64,000 nucleotides of DNA. Origin: a virus. Position 1 is the stretch's first letter. Each line of letters starts with the position of its first letter. Shown here one piece after another: positions 38,962 through 48,238 of this stretch. The position numbers and the translations under genes were made by a program. Below the pieces are notes generated by a model. It did not search any database. It saw only the letters and a program-made list of their open reading frames with translations, and was not told the DNA's origin. The stretch is taken from positions 32,001 to 96,000 of the IMG/VR virus record IMGVR_UViG_3300031746_000003; one strand, written 5' to 3'.

Positions 38962-39360
38962 ATGCCGGCACCTATTACATTCACGTTAACGATAGAAGAG
39001 TACGAAGCTCTTATAGCGTTGGCTCGCGAAGGCACGAAGGACAAGGAAGGACATCCTACGGACAAAGCTAGGAACCTAGACGAGTTTCTTCAGAAGATAG
39101 AGAAAGAGAACGGTGTGAAACGGGACGCCATCTGGGTGCAGTGGCAGGAGCTAGATGCCCCGCTCCCACCTCAGACTGATTTTCCGTACAAGTGGCCGCC
39201 GTCCATGCGCTGGTACATAGAACTTATCACGCGTAAGGTTGCCAAGGTAGACGTAGAGCAGGTGCTAGCTGCTAGGGCTAAAAATCCTACCAGCGTACTA
39301 GTAACTCGTGACCCGGCTGGTGTAGTCGGGTGGACACAAGTAGATCAATTCTTTCGTTAG
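38962..39360 (+). CDS. Hypothetical protein
   Basis: 132 aa; TATACT 6 nt before ATG (possibly leaderless). Confidence 0.65.
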   Translation: MPAPITFTLTIEEYEALIALAREGTKDKEGHPTDKARNLDEFLQKIEKENGVKRDAIWVQWQELDAPLPPQTDFPYKWPPSMRWYIELITRKVAKVDVEQVLAARAKNPTSVLVTRDPAGVVGWTQVDQFFR

Positions 39361-39370
39361 GAACAAATCT

Positions 39371-39991
39371 ATGGACTCAATTCAACTCGTTCATGCTCTC
39401 CCGTACACCTTCGGTGGTGTGCTCGTACTGCTACTCCTCGTGGGTCTAGTGACTCGTGTCCTTAAGCATTTTAGCCCAGCTAACATCGAGGTTAGGGTTT
39501 CTCCCACGGAAGCTGACTACAACGCGCTAGAACTACAGCGTCAAAATGAAGTAGAGGACAACGTCCAACGTTGTGTCTGTGGGGAGCTCGCTACTAACCC
39601 ATCGCCTCAGCTGATACGGCAACGTACCAGCATCCTTCAGACGTTCTTTGCTATGGCCCCGAAGTACCGTCGTGAGGTTCCTCGGACATCTTGGTTCTTT
39701 GGGCTAGCCCCCATAGATCTACCAAGAGAACAGTACGTCTACTGCCTTACGCACGCACACGTGGCAGACGCCATGCTAGATAAGTTCATCTACCATGACA
39801 TCCGTGCAATGCAGGCGAAGAACAACGAAGACATTGCTATCCGAGCAGCCGGCTTTGAGCAGGAGGCTCTAGTGGAGCAGATCAAGAACAGCTTAACGGA
39901 CACACAGAAGAAGGCTCAGCGCAGAGGTCAGACGCAAGTACGTCTACTACAAAAGACTGGAACAGACTCCGCTGGCAGTCCGAATGAGTGA
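39371..39991 (+). CDS. Membrane-anchored Zn-binding protein
   Basis: N-terminal TM; CVCG ... YCLTH. Confidence 0.6.
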   Translation: MDSIQLVHALPYTFGGVLVLLLLVGLVTRVLKHFSPANIEVRVSPTEADYNALELQRQNEVEDNVQRCVCGELATNPSPQLIRQRTSILQTFFAMAPKYRREVPRTSWFFGLAPIDLPREQYVYCLTHAHVADAMLDKFIYHDIRAMQAKNNEDIAIRAAGFEQEALVEQIKNSLTDTQKKAQRRGQTQVRLLQKTGTDSAGSPNE

Positions 39992-40277
39992 AGACAAGAA
40001 ACGTAGATTCGTAACGGTGGGCATCGAGACTTCTCTCGGTGCCCACTACCTGTTCCCAGATATGGACATGGCAGTACTGTCTCAGCTATTGCCTAAGTTT
40101 TCTGATCGTAGACCACCTAACGAGTCTTTTACGTTGGTCAACGCGAGTACCGCCGTTCTAATTCTACCCGTACGTGTTATCAAGAAGGTAACAGTCAGTA
40201 CGATGTACGAGAGCGGCTCTAAAATAACGGAGGACTGGTGGCATGCTCCCTTGCATGAATTGCAAAACACCCATTGA
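39984..40277 (+). CDS. Hypothetical protein
   Basis: Coupled ORF in the + operon. Confidence 0.6.
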   Translation: MSEDKKRRFVTVGIETSLGAHYLFPDMDMAVLSQLLPKFSDRRPPNESFTLVNASTAVLILPVRVIKKVTVSTMYESGSKITEDWWHAPLHELQNTH

Positions 40278-40500
40278 CGATGGCAAGTTCTTTGCGGAAG
40301 TCTGGGTATGCTCAGATTGCCACGGGATGGCCACAAGGTTTTACGATAAGGCACAGGCCGACATGCGTAAAATCATGGTCATGATGAAGGAGACCATACG
40401 CATTGGTCTTATAGAGGGTAAGTTGCAGTTCGCTGGAGATATAGAAAACAAGTCACCACAAGAAACCTTAAAACTACTACAGGGTATCCATGAACAGTGA
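40243..40500 (+). CDS. Small Zn-finger protein
   Basis: CMNC ... CSDC. Confidence 0.65.
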   Translation: MLPCMNCKTPIDDGKFFAEVWVCSDCHGMATRFYDKAQADMRKIMVMMKETIRIGLIEGKLQFAGDIENKSPQETLKLLQGIHEQ

Positions 40501-40801
40501 CGATGATCTTGACATGTGTAGTCCAGATGACGAAGCCGCTATAGAAGATATAGTATCTAAAGCTGGAGCGCCGGATGCTGGCCCACAGGAGTTCCTTAAC
40601 TTCATGTCTTGGGTAGCTGACGACTTCTCTGCACGTGGCGTGGTCTCGTATGAGAAGGTTACTGAGTTAATGTTGGCTATAGCTATCTCTAGGTACAAGT
40701 CTATCGGTAGGGCTGACGCTAGTGTTGTGCAGGCAGTTAAAGCAATCTGCGAGCAGGTAAAGTTCGTAGGGTCTACGTACAATGGTAAAGAACCCAACTA
40801 G
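40490..40801 (+). CDS. Hypothetical protein
   Basis: Coupled ORF. Confidence 0.6.
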   Translation: MNSDDDLDMCSPDDEAAIEDIVSKAGAPDAGPQEFLNFMSWVADDFSARGVVSYEKVTELMLAIAISRYKSIGRADASVVQAVKAICEQVKFVGSTYNGKEPN

Positions 40802-41045
40802 TACGTGGTGTGTCTACCTACTGCAATGCTCTGATGGTTCTCTGTACACTGGCATAACCAACGACTTAGACAAGCGGCTAAAGACACATGCAGCTGGCCG
40901 TGGATCTAAGTACGTCCGTAGCAGACTACCCTTTGTGCTATGGTACGTAGTGCACGTAGCTACCCGTAGTGAAGCTTCTAAGATGGAAGCACGGCTAAAA
41001 AGAGAGCCTAGGGCTACTAAGCTACAACTTGGTCAACCTCAATGA
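40782..41045 (+). CDS. Stand-alone GIY-YIG nuclease (UPF0213/YhbQ-like)
   Basis: WCVYLLQCSDGSLYTGITNDLDKRLKTH...RSEASKMEARLK. Confidence 0.85.
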   Translation: MVKNPTSTWCVYLLQCSDGSLYTGITNDLDKRLKTHAAGRGSKYVRSRLPFVLWYVVHVATRSEASKMEARLKREPRATKLQLGQPQ

Positions 41046-41299
41046 ACATTCAACAGCGACCTGACGATGCCCTTTATGGTGAGTACAAGGCAGTTTGTAA
41101 CCACTGTGGGTGGTCGATGAAGTTCACCCAGTCTCTATCCTGCGGTTTGACCCCAGGTGATATAGTGTTTAAGGACCCAGAGAGCCCAGCATTAGGACAC
41201 TGTGTACGATGCAAGAGAAACATGATGAAGGTGACGGAGGTACCTCAACTACCGCCGATACCGAGCCCCAAGGGCTTCTGGAAAGTCCCCACGGAGTAG
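41042..41299 (+). CDS. Small Zn-ribbon protein
   Basis: CNHCG ... CVRC. Confidence 0.65.
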   Translation: MNIQQRPDDALYGEYKAVCNHCGWSMKFTQSLSCGLTPGDIVFKDPESPALGHCVRCKRNMMKVTEVPQLPPIPSPKGFWKVPTE

Positions 41300-41634
41300 A
41301 GAGTACGTCTGTCGGCACAGCTATCTGCACACTCAGAGGCGTGGTCACAACGACTAAGAGAACTGCAGAGCTTCCTGGTGGTGCCGTAGAGTGGGACGAG
41401 ATACAGATAGAGAACTTGTGCTGGTCTAAGAGATCGGCAGAAGTGCTACTACAGGGGGGCTCTGTGCGGTCTCTTATAGGGCCGGTGTTCCTACTCAAAG
41501 GTGGGAGTCATAGGCCCCTGTACTGCACATCCCCCGGCATGGATAACGCCGTCCTAGTTAGGATAACGGCTCATCCAGCGAACTTAAGACTACAAGAAGT
41601 GCTCGGGGCAATCCTGCTCTGAGCGCTTCTTTTT
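41296..41634 (+). ncRNA. Candidate structured non-coding RNA of unknown family
   Basis: Many nested helices with + strand G-U pairs across about 300 nt, ending in an intrinsic terminator (see findings). Confidence 0.5.
41594..41634 (+). terminator. Rho-independent terminator
   Basis: GAAGTGCTCGGGGCA-ATCC-TGCTCTGAGCGCTTC-TTTTT. Confidence 0.85.
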
Positions 41635-41691
41635 GGTGGGCACTTTACAACTACGCCCATACGGGTGTACAACGTCAGCACAGGAGAAGAT

Positions 41692-42918
41692 ATGGCTAAG
41701 AGAGACCAGCAGGGGCCTACGCCCCCCGTGTTTATCGACCCAAAGCTAGGAGCTGAGGCAGCCTATAGAGCTGGTATCCAGGCTCGTAGGGCGGCAGCGG
41801 GGCCAGCCAAGTACACAACTCCTGTAGCTGGAGGACCGACCCCCGCTATTCCTAGGTTAGACCAGCAGCCTTACGCGGGCGTTACCATGGCTCAGCAGGC
41901 TGAGATGTCTCGGCAGGGGGAGCTACAGAAGGCTGCCTCCGATAGGGTCTTTGACCAAGCTCGTAGCCAGCAACGACAGGGGATAGTGGAACGCCCGCAG
42001 GGTGCCCCTGTTAGCCCCCAGAGCAACATGGGGATCTTACCCGGTGACACACTCCCGGAGCAGGCGCGTTCAGATCCAGCCTTCATCGAGGGGCATGGCT
42101 CTATGTTCGCTGCAGCTCAACCGAACCTGGCGTCTAAGTACGGTGTGGTACGCAGGGGGCAGTTGATACCGCCACAAGCTCTGCGACAAGGGCAGGCATC
42201 GCAACTTCGTCCTGAGACGCTTAAGGACTTGGAGACACTACGAGAGCTACAGCAGCATTCCAAGGTAGGAGCATTGCTGGATAACGATGCTGAGGCGGAG
42301 AAAGCGGTAGATGACTCAGCTGCTTCTGCTGCAGGTCGTGCAGGTAATGTGGTCGGGGACAATAGTACTAGCCCCGTAACGGATGAAGACAAAGAGCGAG
42401 TGTCTAAGACACTAGCTAGTATGGATGAGTTCGACTTCGATACATTTAGGCAAATGATGATGAAGGACATCATCAACAATCCTAAACAGAAGGGCGTTAT
42501 TGAGGCGAAGCTTACTCCGCTCAGTATAGACGACCTTATCATGCACAACAGGGCAGTACAGAAGGTGCCTATTGTGCCTGGGTTTACCCCGGAGTTTCAG
42601 TCTCTAACTGCAGAGGAAGATCTGGCTCTTAAGCGTTTAGTTATGCAGGAGTCTAAGACAGTAGAGGTTACTGACAGGTATCTCTTAGACAAGCTTGCCA
42701 TCATGTCTATCGCCGTTGGGCTGAAGAACATCAATGGAAAGCCGCTAGGGGACCACTTAGACACCGAGGGTAACTTTGATGATACAAAGTTCTGGGTGAA
42801 GTTTAACCGCATCATGAAGCTGCCACTTCAGATGATCGCGTCTATCGGCGTTAACATCTTTTGGTTTGAACAGCGCGTACGTAAGCTCTTCGTAGCTGAG
42901 AAAGTGGGAAATGGCTGA
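41692..42918 (+). CDS. Putative tail assembly chaperone (gpG-like) with long disordered N-terminus
   Basis: AGGAG SD before ATG 41692; FQSLTAEEDL motif; ends at slippery G GGA AAT. Confidence 0.55.
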   Translation: MAKRDQQGPTPPVFIDPKLGAEAAYRAGIQARRAAAGPAKYTTPVAGGPTPAIPRLDQQPYAGVTMAQQAEMSRQGELQKAASDRVFDQARSQQRQGIVERPQGAPVSPQSNMGILPGDTLPEQARSDPAFIEGHGSMFAAAQPNLASKYGVVRRGQLIPPQALRQGQASQLRPETLKDLETLRELQQHSKVGALLDNDAEAEKAVDDSAASAAGRAGNVVGDNSTSPVTDEDKERVSKTLASMDEFDFDTFRQMMMKDIINNPKQKGVIEAKLTPLSIDDLIMHNRAVQKVPIVPGFTPEFQSLTAEEDLALKRLVMQESKTVEVTDRYLLDKLAIMSIAVGLKNINGKPLGDHLDTEGNFDDTKFWVKFNRIMKLPLQMIASIGVNIFWFEQRVRKLFVAEKVGNG

Positions 42919-43337
42919 GGACTCCCGAGGGCTGGGCGAGAGCAAACTTACTGCTTAAAACCCTAAAAGCGCCACCCCCTAAGGGGTCCCTCCAGGAGTC
43001 CGTACTCATCTTGCTGCTGATGCGTTTAGAGACGATAGAGCACGCAAGATTTAGGGCGTTAGCTCAGATATACGTTGATAAAGAAAAGGGTATCGAAGCT
43101 TTCGAAGAGTACGTCAAGATCGCCTTCCCATACATGACGGCTGTAAAGGACAGAAGTAAAGAAGCAGCCCACAACGCGCTAAAGAGCTGGGTAGGTAGCG
43201 GACAGATAATGGTTAGAGCCATGCCAGAGTCTAAGGGTAAGAGCAAGATGCGCGCCAAGCTCACAAAAACTACTACACAAACACGCGAACAAGCTGAGTC
43301 TCTCTATAAGAAAATGGGCAACGTAGTACCTACATGA
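42906..43337 (+). CDS. -1 frameshift extension (gpGT-like) of the chaperone
   Basis: The -1 frame is open from GGG AAA TGG at 42906 through 35 codons into ORF 43011-43337, which has no good start of its own. Confidence 0.65.
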   Translation, partial: GKWLRTPEGWARANLLLKTLKAPPPKGSLQESVLILLLMRLETIEHARFRALAQIYVDKEKGIEAFEEYVKIAFPYMTAVKDRSKEAAHNALKSWVGSGQIMVRAMPESKGKSKMRAKLTKTTTQTREQAESLYKKMGNVVPT

Positions 43338-43732
43338 CTCCTCTAAACAAACCAGACTATGCCTACTTCTGTGGTCATTGCGGCAGTGCCTCACTAGACA
43401 TCAGTGAACTAGTAGGTACTGCCACATGCAAGGCATGTAACTGGAGTGGCAGCACTAGCGATTTGGCTGCCATGCCTATCGAGCACGAGTTCGGTAGCTC
43501 AGAGAAGGTGGTACAGGCCTTGATGGGGGACATGCGCTTGATGCTAGCTAAACACTTAGCTGCACCCTTGTTACAGTTCCTTATGAAGTGGGGATTTCTG
43601 AGCAACCACATCACAGAGTATACGAAGCACGCAGTAGGTAGATACCTAGCAGCTACAGCTAACGCTATGCTTACTGCTGTTATTGAAGAGAGGCAGAAAA
43701 TGGAGAAGGAAAAGCACAATGGAACAGGGTGA
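43334..43732 (+). CDS. Zn-ribbon protein
   Basis: CGHCG ... CKAC. Confidence 0.65.
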   Translation: MTPLNKPDYAYFCGHCGSASLDISELVGTATCKACNWSGSTSDLAAMPIEHEFGSSEKVVQALMGDMRLMLAKHLAAPLLQFLMKWGFLSNHITEYTKHAVGRYLAATANAMLTAVIEERQKMEKEKHNGTG

Positions 43733-44033
43733 TACACCGTTTATCCATCGACCAGATGAGGTAGACGACGACCCCGTACGCAATGGGCTAACTTGTTTTA
43801 TGGACCAGCTACGACCCTGCGGCGCTGACTGCATGGCCTACACTACCTACTCAGATGGCTCCCTAATGGGGCAAGCTGGTAATTGCATATTGTTGGTGAA
43901 CGCTGAGCGCTCAGGTAAGCACCTAGTGATTCTAGCCAAGCTGACTAACGACATGATTAACGGCGCTAAGAGAGCAGCCGCAGACCAACGAAGAGAAGCT
44001 CAAGTTTCTCCCTCACCTCCAAAGGTAGTGTGA
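43719..44033 (+). CDS. Hypothetical Cys-containing protein
   Basis: ATG 43719 with AAGGA SD; CF...CGADC...C. Confidence 0.6.
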   Translation: MEQGDTPFIHRPDEVDDDPVRNGLTCFMDQLRPCGADCMAYTTYSDGSLMGQAGNCILLVNAERSGKHLVILAKLTNDMINGAKRAAADQRREAQVSPSPPKVV

Positions 44034-44605
44034 TGCAAGTCAACATACTTCGAGTAGACCAGAGCTATTCCCTTGTGGATAAGTCGGTCACTAACAACCT
44101 GGTAATAGCGTTACCTAGTGGTGACGAGCTACGTATCTCGGTGCCTGAGGACGTTGTTCGCTACCTACTGGGTACTGCAGCAGCAGAAGCGGAGGTACAA
44201 GAGGAACTCGCCCAGACAATAACGGACGATGAACCTGTCGTGTTCAATGGGGTGCCCTCTAATGTTGGCTACGTTCGGTGGCAAGAGCTATCTGATACTG
44301 ATATGCCACCTGCCATAAAGAAGATCTTCACAGATGCCGGGATGCCAGATGAGATATCCCCGGCTGTCTTTGAGAACTTGTACTCCATGGCGTTGGAGAG
44401 GCTGATGACTGTAACAGCACCAATGCAGCCAGCTGTGCCAGGTATACGCAGAGTGGGCTCACCCGTGATCATGCAGCGGCAGAGTCGTAGGTCTGTACCA
44501 GCTGATGACTATGGTAACCCAATAGTTCAGTCCGCAGGTGTTGACGCAGGTACGGTAGTGAGTGGTGGTCCTGACTCTGATGAGGATGGTGTTGGACAGC
44601 TATGA
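44030..44605 (+). CDS. Hypothetical protein
   Basis: Coupled ORF, 191 aa. Confidence 0.65.
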   Translation: MMQVNILRVDQSYSLVDKSVTNNLVIALPSGDELRISVPEDVVRYLLGTAAAEAEVQEELAQTITDDEPVVFNGVPSNVGYVRWQELSDTDMPPAIKKIFTDAGMPDEISPAVFENLYSMALERLMTVTAPMQPAVPGIRRVGSPVIMQRQSRRSVPADDYGNPIVQSAGVDAGTVVSGGPDSDEDGVGQL

Positions 44606-45063
44606 TTCTTATCGCCTGCCTAACCTGTAAGACTGGTATCCACATCTCCCCAGACTCTGACGGAGCTGAGGGTAACCTCGTGGGTGAAGGCTGTGAGTGG
44701 TGGCCTGACAAGTACCCATGTCCTGTGTGCGATCGTAAAGCTATGTACGTACCAGCTGCTGATCAGCAGGCTAGGAATGAGCTAACAATGCATGAGCTCA
44801 CCCCTGTAGAAGCCTATGCAGCCTTCAATGGTATGGGCTTACCAGAAGACCAAGAGTGTGGAGCTCTAGCTGTGGCTCAGCAGTTTGCTAAGAAGGTAAA
44901 GCAGGTGCACTGTCGTAACATTCCTAACACACAGCGCTCAGTAATTAGTTGGATAGAGTTTGATGATGGGTACAAACTCTATTTAGCTGCCGGGGTTCAA
45001 GGGGCAGTTGTCTACAGAATACGTGGTCCGTATTCGGTAATGGAGAGAATCAGTGAAAGCTGA
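44602..45063 (+). CDS. Zn-finger protein
   Basis: CLTC ... CPVC. Confidence 0.65.
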   Translation: MILIACLTCKTGIHISPDSDGAEGNLVGEGCEWWPDKYPCPVCDRKAMYVPAADQQARNELTMHELTPVEAYAAFNGMGLPEDQECGALAVAQQFAKKVKQVHCRNIPNTQRSVISWIEFDDGYKLYLAAGVQGAVVYRIRGPYSVMERISES

Positions 45064-45700
45064 GTTAGTTCTAGAGTACTGGCGTGTCGGACATAGATAC
45101 GACGGTAAAATCAAACTCATAGATATCGAGGGCACTGCCCAGCTAGTAACACTGGTTGGAGCTACCTTCGGTGAGATGATGCGTAGTTATGTACGCGAGT
45201 TATCCACGCGCCTAGAAGTCACAGCGGTTGTAGTTCAACGTGGTACCGATGGAGTAGACCACGCCTACGTGTTGACTGAGGAGGCAACTGCAGCTATGCG
45301 GCGTGACCCTGCTACTGCGATAGCTAGCATGCTTTATGAGCCTGAGGAGCCTGTCAGTGTACCACCTGTTAAGAAGTTGGCACACGTTAGAACAGGTGAA
45401 GATACCTTGGCTGACGCTTTTGGGGAGAGCATGTACTGTGCGTATAAGTCGGGTAAGTTCGAGTCGCCCTTTAGTGGCCGTTGGGAAGACCTTGATACGT
45501 TAGATTCTCGTATGGGAGCTGTTAGCTTTGTGTTGTCGGGCCACTGGTTGATACTTAGAACTTCGCAGCTGCTAGGTACTGCACAATCTAGGTACTGGTC
45601 GCCAAGAGAATGGAATCCGGAAGGGTGGATAAGCCACGCCGACCTACAAAAGAAGTACGATGAGTACACGAAGGAAGTAGCTAATGTTTACACCAAATAA
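45053..45700 (+). CDS. Hypothetical protein
   Basis: Coupled ORF, 215 aa. Confidence 0.65.
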   Translation: MKAELVLEYWRVGHRYDGKIKLIDIEGTAQLVTLVGATFGEMMRSYVRELSTRLEVTAVVVQRGTDGVDHAYVLTEEATAAMRRDPATAIASMLYEPEEPVSVPPVKKLAHVRTGEDTLADAFGESMYCAYKSGKFESPFSGRWEDLDTLDSRMGAVSFVLSGHWLILRTSQLLGTAQSRYWSPREWNPEGWISHADLQKKYDEYTKEVANVYTK

Positions 45701-46031
45701 CGGTCAACGAGCTGGCGTTCGAGTTGCTGACAGCCAGCTAGCTCCACAGAGCACACAGCCTGACGGCACAGTAGTTTACGCGGTAGCTTGTGAGATGGTT
45801 GCTACTCAATACGTAGATGGTGGCCGCACACATGAAGCTGTGTTGCTCAAGGTTGGCGGCAAGATCTATTACCCACCGAATGCCGAGCAGTGGGCAGCAG
45901 CACTCAAGGAAGTGTCCCCTTGGATGTTCAAGGGAATACAGGACAAGCTCAACCTTGGCAGCAACGCGAATGTCCCCAAGTCTGACGTTGTGGACGTAGC
46001 TGCCAGCGCCATATCCAAGGAACTAAAGTGA
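45684..46031 (+). CDS. Hypothetical protein
   Basis: Coupled ORF, 115 aa. Confidence 0.65.
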   Translation: MFTPNNGQRAGVRVADSQLAPQSTQPDGTVVYAVACEMVATQYVDGGRTHEAVLLKVGGKIYYPPNAEQWAAALKEVSPWMFKGIQDKLNLGSNANVPKSDVVDVAASAISKELK

Positions 46032-46351
46032 AGATCCGCCCCGTATCTGATTGGCTGCTAGTTGAGTTAGAACCAGAGGAGCACATGAGCCGGGGCGGTA
46101 TCATAGAAGTAGGTGACCAGCCCGTACGCAACGCTAAGGTTCTACGGGTAGGGCCAGGTAGGCAGTATAAGAAGAACTTCGTACCCACCGTTACCATGGC
46201 AGGGGACCGAATATGCTTCTTCGTTGCTGCACTACACACCAAGCAGGGGAAGGCCATAGTGCATAACCTTGATGACAACCAGGGGCTCATCCGAGAGACG
46301 GACGTCTTACTGGTATTTACTGATGCCTCGGACATACGGGTAAGCGCATGA
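46028..46351 (+). CDS. groES: Co-chaperonin GroES-like protein
   Basis: KIRPVSDWLLVE...SRGGII...KVLRVGPG...GDRICF...IRETDVL. Confidence 0.85.
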   Translation: MKIRPVSDWLLVELEPEEHMSRGGIIEVGDQPVRNAKVLRVGPGRQYKKNFVPTVTMAGDRICFFVAALHTKQGKAIVHNLDDNQGLIRETDVLLVFTDASDIRVSA

Positions 46352-46599
46352 GAACCGTGACAGTCCAAGAAGACGGTGTACTAGAGCTGAACTGGATGTG
46401 GCTACCTACGTGGGTTGGTATGAACACCAGTCTAAAGACGGAGATGGAGGCCTCTCTACGCAGTAAGATCGAAGGAAAAGAACTAACGGACAAGGTACTT
46501 GACGAGGTCAATGACCTGGTCATTGAGTTCCTATGTGCCAAGTGCCCATTGGCTGGGCTACGCGACTACCTAGATGGGTTAAAGTTCGTACGCGGATGA
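46348..46599 (+). CDS. Hypothetical protein
   Basis: Coupled ORF, 83 aa. Confidence 0.65.
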   Translation: MRTVTVQEDGVLELNWMWLPTWVGMNTSLKTEMEASLRSKIEGKELTDKVLDEVNDLVIEFLCAKCPLAGLRDYLDGLKFVRG

Positions 46600-46760
46600 A
46601 GAAAGATGGACGCTTCCAGATTCGTATTCCTGACAAGCTCAAAGAGCAGATCCAGGGGTATGCTGACAGACACCATACAACGGTGTCTGCCATGGTGACT
46701 CGTTTCTTCTTGAAGCTCTTGGCCGAGGAACAAAAGTCTGAGGACGCAGAACAGTTGTAA
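46596..46760 (+). CDS. Ribbon-helix-helix DNA-binding protein
   Basis: RFQIRIPDKLKEQIQGYADRHHTTVSAMV; ATGA overlap at 46596. Confidence 0.7.
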   Translation: MKKDGRFQIRIPDKLKEQIQGYADRHHTTVSAMVTRFFLKLLAEEQKSEDAEQL

Positions 46761-47326
46761 TGCCTGACTACAGAGAACATTCTGGCAAGATAGAAGTACC
46801 TCGTAACACAGGTATCGATGGTCTCTTATTTGCTGTACGTGAGCTGCTAAAGCGCCCACGTATACAGGCTATCAATATAGATGCCAAAGGGCAGATCTCC
46901 TACAAGCGTTACGTGCGTGAGGATGAAGCAGATGTGAACATAGGTATAGACTTTGATACCTACACGCCAGCCAGCATAATCAGGAACTCTGAGGTATCAG
47001 AGCTTCAAGCAGTAGGTAACGCAGCAGTCGTGCTAGGCAGTCTGTTCAGCGCCGCCTCTGTAGACCAGCTGCACCCAATAGCTCTGGTGAGTGGGGCAGC
47101 TACTAAGTTATGGGAGTGGTACCGGAGTACAACGAACAGCAGTCTACCAAGAACTGCAGAAGTGTTTGGTCTACCGTTCTTGTTAGATAGGGGTATACCG
47201 GACACAGCGCTGCTCTTATGCACGGCCTATGGTAAAGACTCCGCCGTTGTAGACACAGTCAAGGTCTACAAGGTGGAGATGGAAGTACACCTCACTCTCC
47301 CAACCACTCACGTGGAGATCATATAA
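46760..47326 (+). CDS. Hypothetical protein
   Basis: TAATG-coupled ORF. Confidence 0.65.
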   Translation: MPDYREHSGKIEVPRNTGIDGLLFAVRELLKRPRIQAINIDAKGQISYKRYVREDEADVNIGIDFDTYTPASIIRNSEVSELQAVGNAAVVLGSLFSAASVDQLHPIALVSGAATKLWEWYRSTTNSSLPRTAEVFGLPFLLDRGIPDTALLLCTAYGKDSAVVDTVKVYKVEMEVHLTLPTTHVEII

Positions 47327-47805
47327 TGAAGCCGCTAACTGTTGCTATAGTGAAGTCTGGGTTAGTTCCGCCTGACGTGTTAGGTGAATTGAAGCGCTGG
47401 GGTTTACCCGTAGAGGTAGAGGGCAACCTAGAGTTGTTGTCTACAGCTGAGGACGTGGTGGCCTACATACAGGACGCCCTTGAGGGTGAAGATCTAGTGC
47501 AGCTTCGTGACACTGACCTAGACATCATCCACAAGTACATTACGGGGCAGCAGGCTGGTAAGCTCCATGTGGAAACTGATGGCACCAAGTCCAACATTGC
47601 TGTGAGCTACTGTCGTACAGACATGGGTCACTACGTGATACCTTGGCGCAGTGAGAGCATCAAAGAACTGATTACAGACCCTAATACCTACCTCAAGACA
47701 GCTGAGGGCAAGGTCTACTTCAGGGATGCTAGAGAACTGTTTTTTGGAGGGCACAAGACCTTCATGGTCTGTGAGCCAAGTCAGGAGACCCACAATGGAA
47801 CCTAA
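47326..47805 (+). CDS. Hypothetical protein
   Basis: TAATG-coupled ORF. Confidence 0.65.
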   Translation: MKPLTVAIVKSGLVPPDVLGELKRWGLPVEVEGNLELLSTAEDVVAYIQDALEGEDLVQLRDTDLDIIHKYITGQQAGKLHVETDGTKSNIAVSYCRTDMGHYVIPWRSESIKELITDPNTYLKTAEGKVYFRDARELFFGGHKTFMVCEPSQETHNGT

Positions 47806-48238
47806 AGACCTTTATGTTGCCTTGTACAACAAGGCTAAGTTCGAGATGGTCACAGAGACGGTGAGTGACACGCAGTTGCGCATCATTGGTAGACTGCCTC
47901 AGCAGGCTATGTCTAACTGGCTATTGATCATGGATCGATTGCTGGAGAATATGGAGAACGCCACATGGAAGGTGGACATCTCTAAGCAGTATTTTCGCCG
48001 GGCAGATAAGGTACTGTTTGGGTGGCGCTTAATCTTTGTTGGCGACAGTATTTTAAGCCAGCTACCTGAGGTCATAGCCACCATCACCAACACGCCTAAG
48101 GCTAAAACTTTAGTAGAAGAAGCACAGCTGTTCGGTTCTCGTGGTCGCAATGAGTTGAGCAACGGCAGGGGAGCTCAGTCTTCTCTCTCTGCTTCAGTAG
48201 GGCCCATGGCTATAGCTAGAATGAAAGCAGGTGGGTAG
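47795..48238 (+). CDS. Hypothetical protein
   Basis: AGGAG SD before ATG 47795. Confidence 0.65.
   Translation: MEPKDLYVALYNKAKFEMVTETVSDTQLRIIGRLPQQAMSNWLLIMDRLLENMENATWKVDISKQYFRRADKVLFGWRLIFVGDSILSQLPEVIATITNTPKAKTLVEEAQLFGSRGRNELSNGRGAQSSLSASVGPMAIARMKAGG

Noticed and set aside
40782-41045. GIY-YIG protein as a homing endonuclease or mobile intron
   Set aside because: It is only 87 aa, has no DNA-binding extension, and does not interrupt a gene.
41345-41430. Group I intron-like CAACGACTA / TGGTC
   Set aside because: There is no room for P3-P6 upstream and no interrupted host gene; the resemblance is too short.
41209-41622. 137-aa + ORF and 109-aa - ORF over the candidate RNA
   Set aside because: They overlap a better gene, have no SD, and the + ORF stops inside the terminator stem. 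Base-pairing explains the sequence better.
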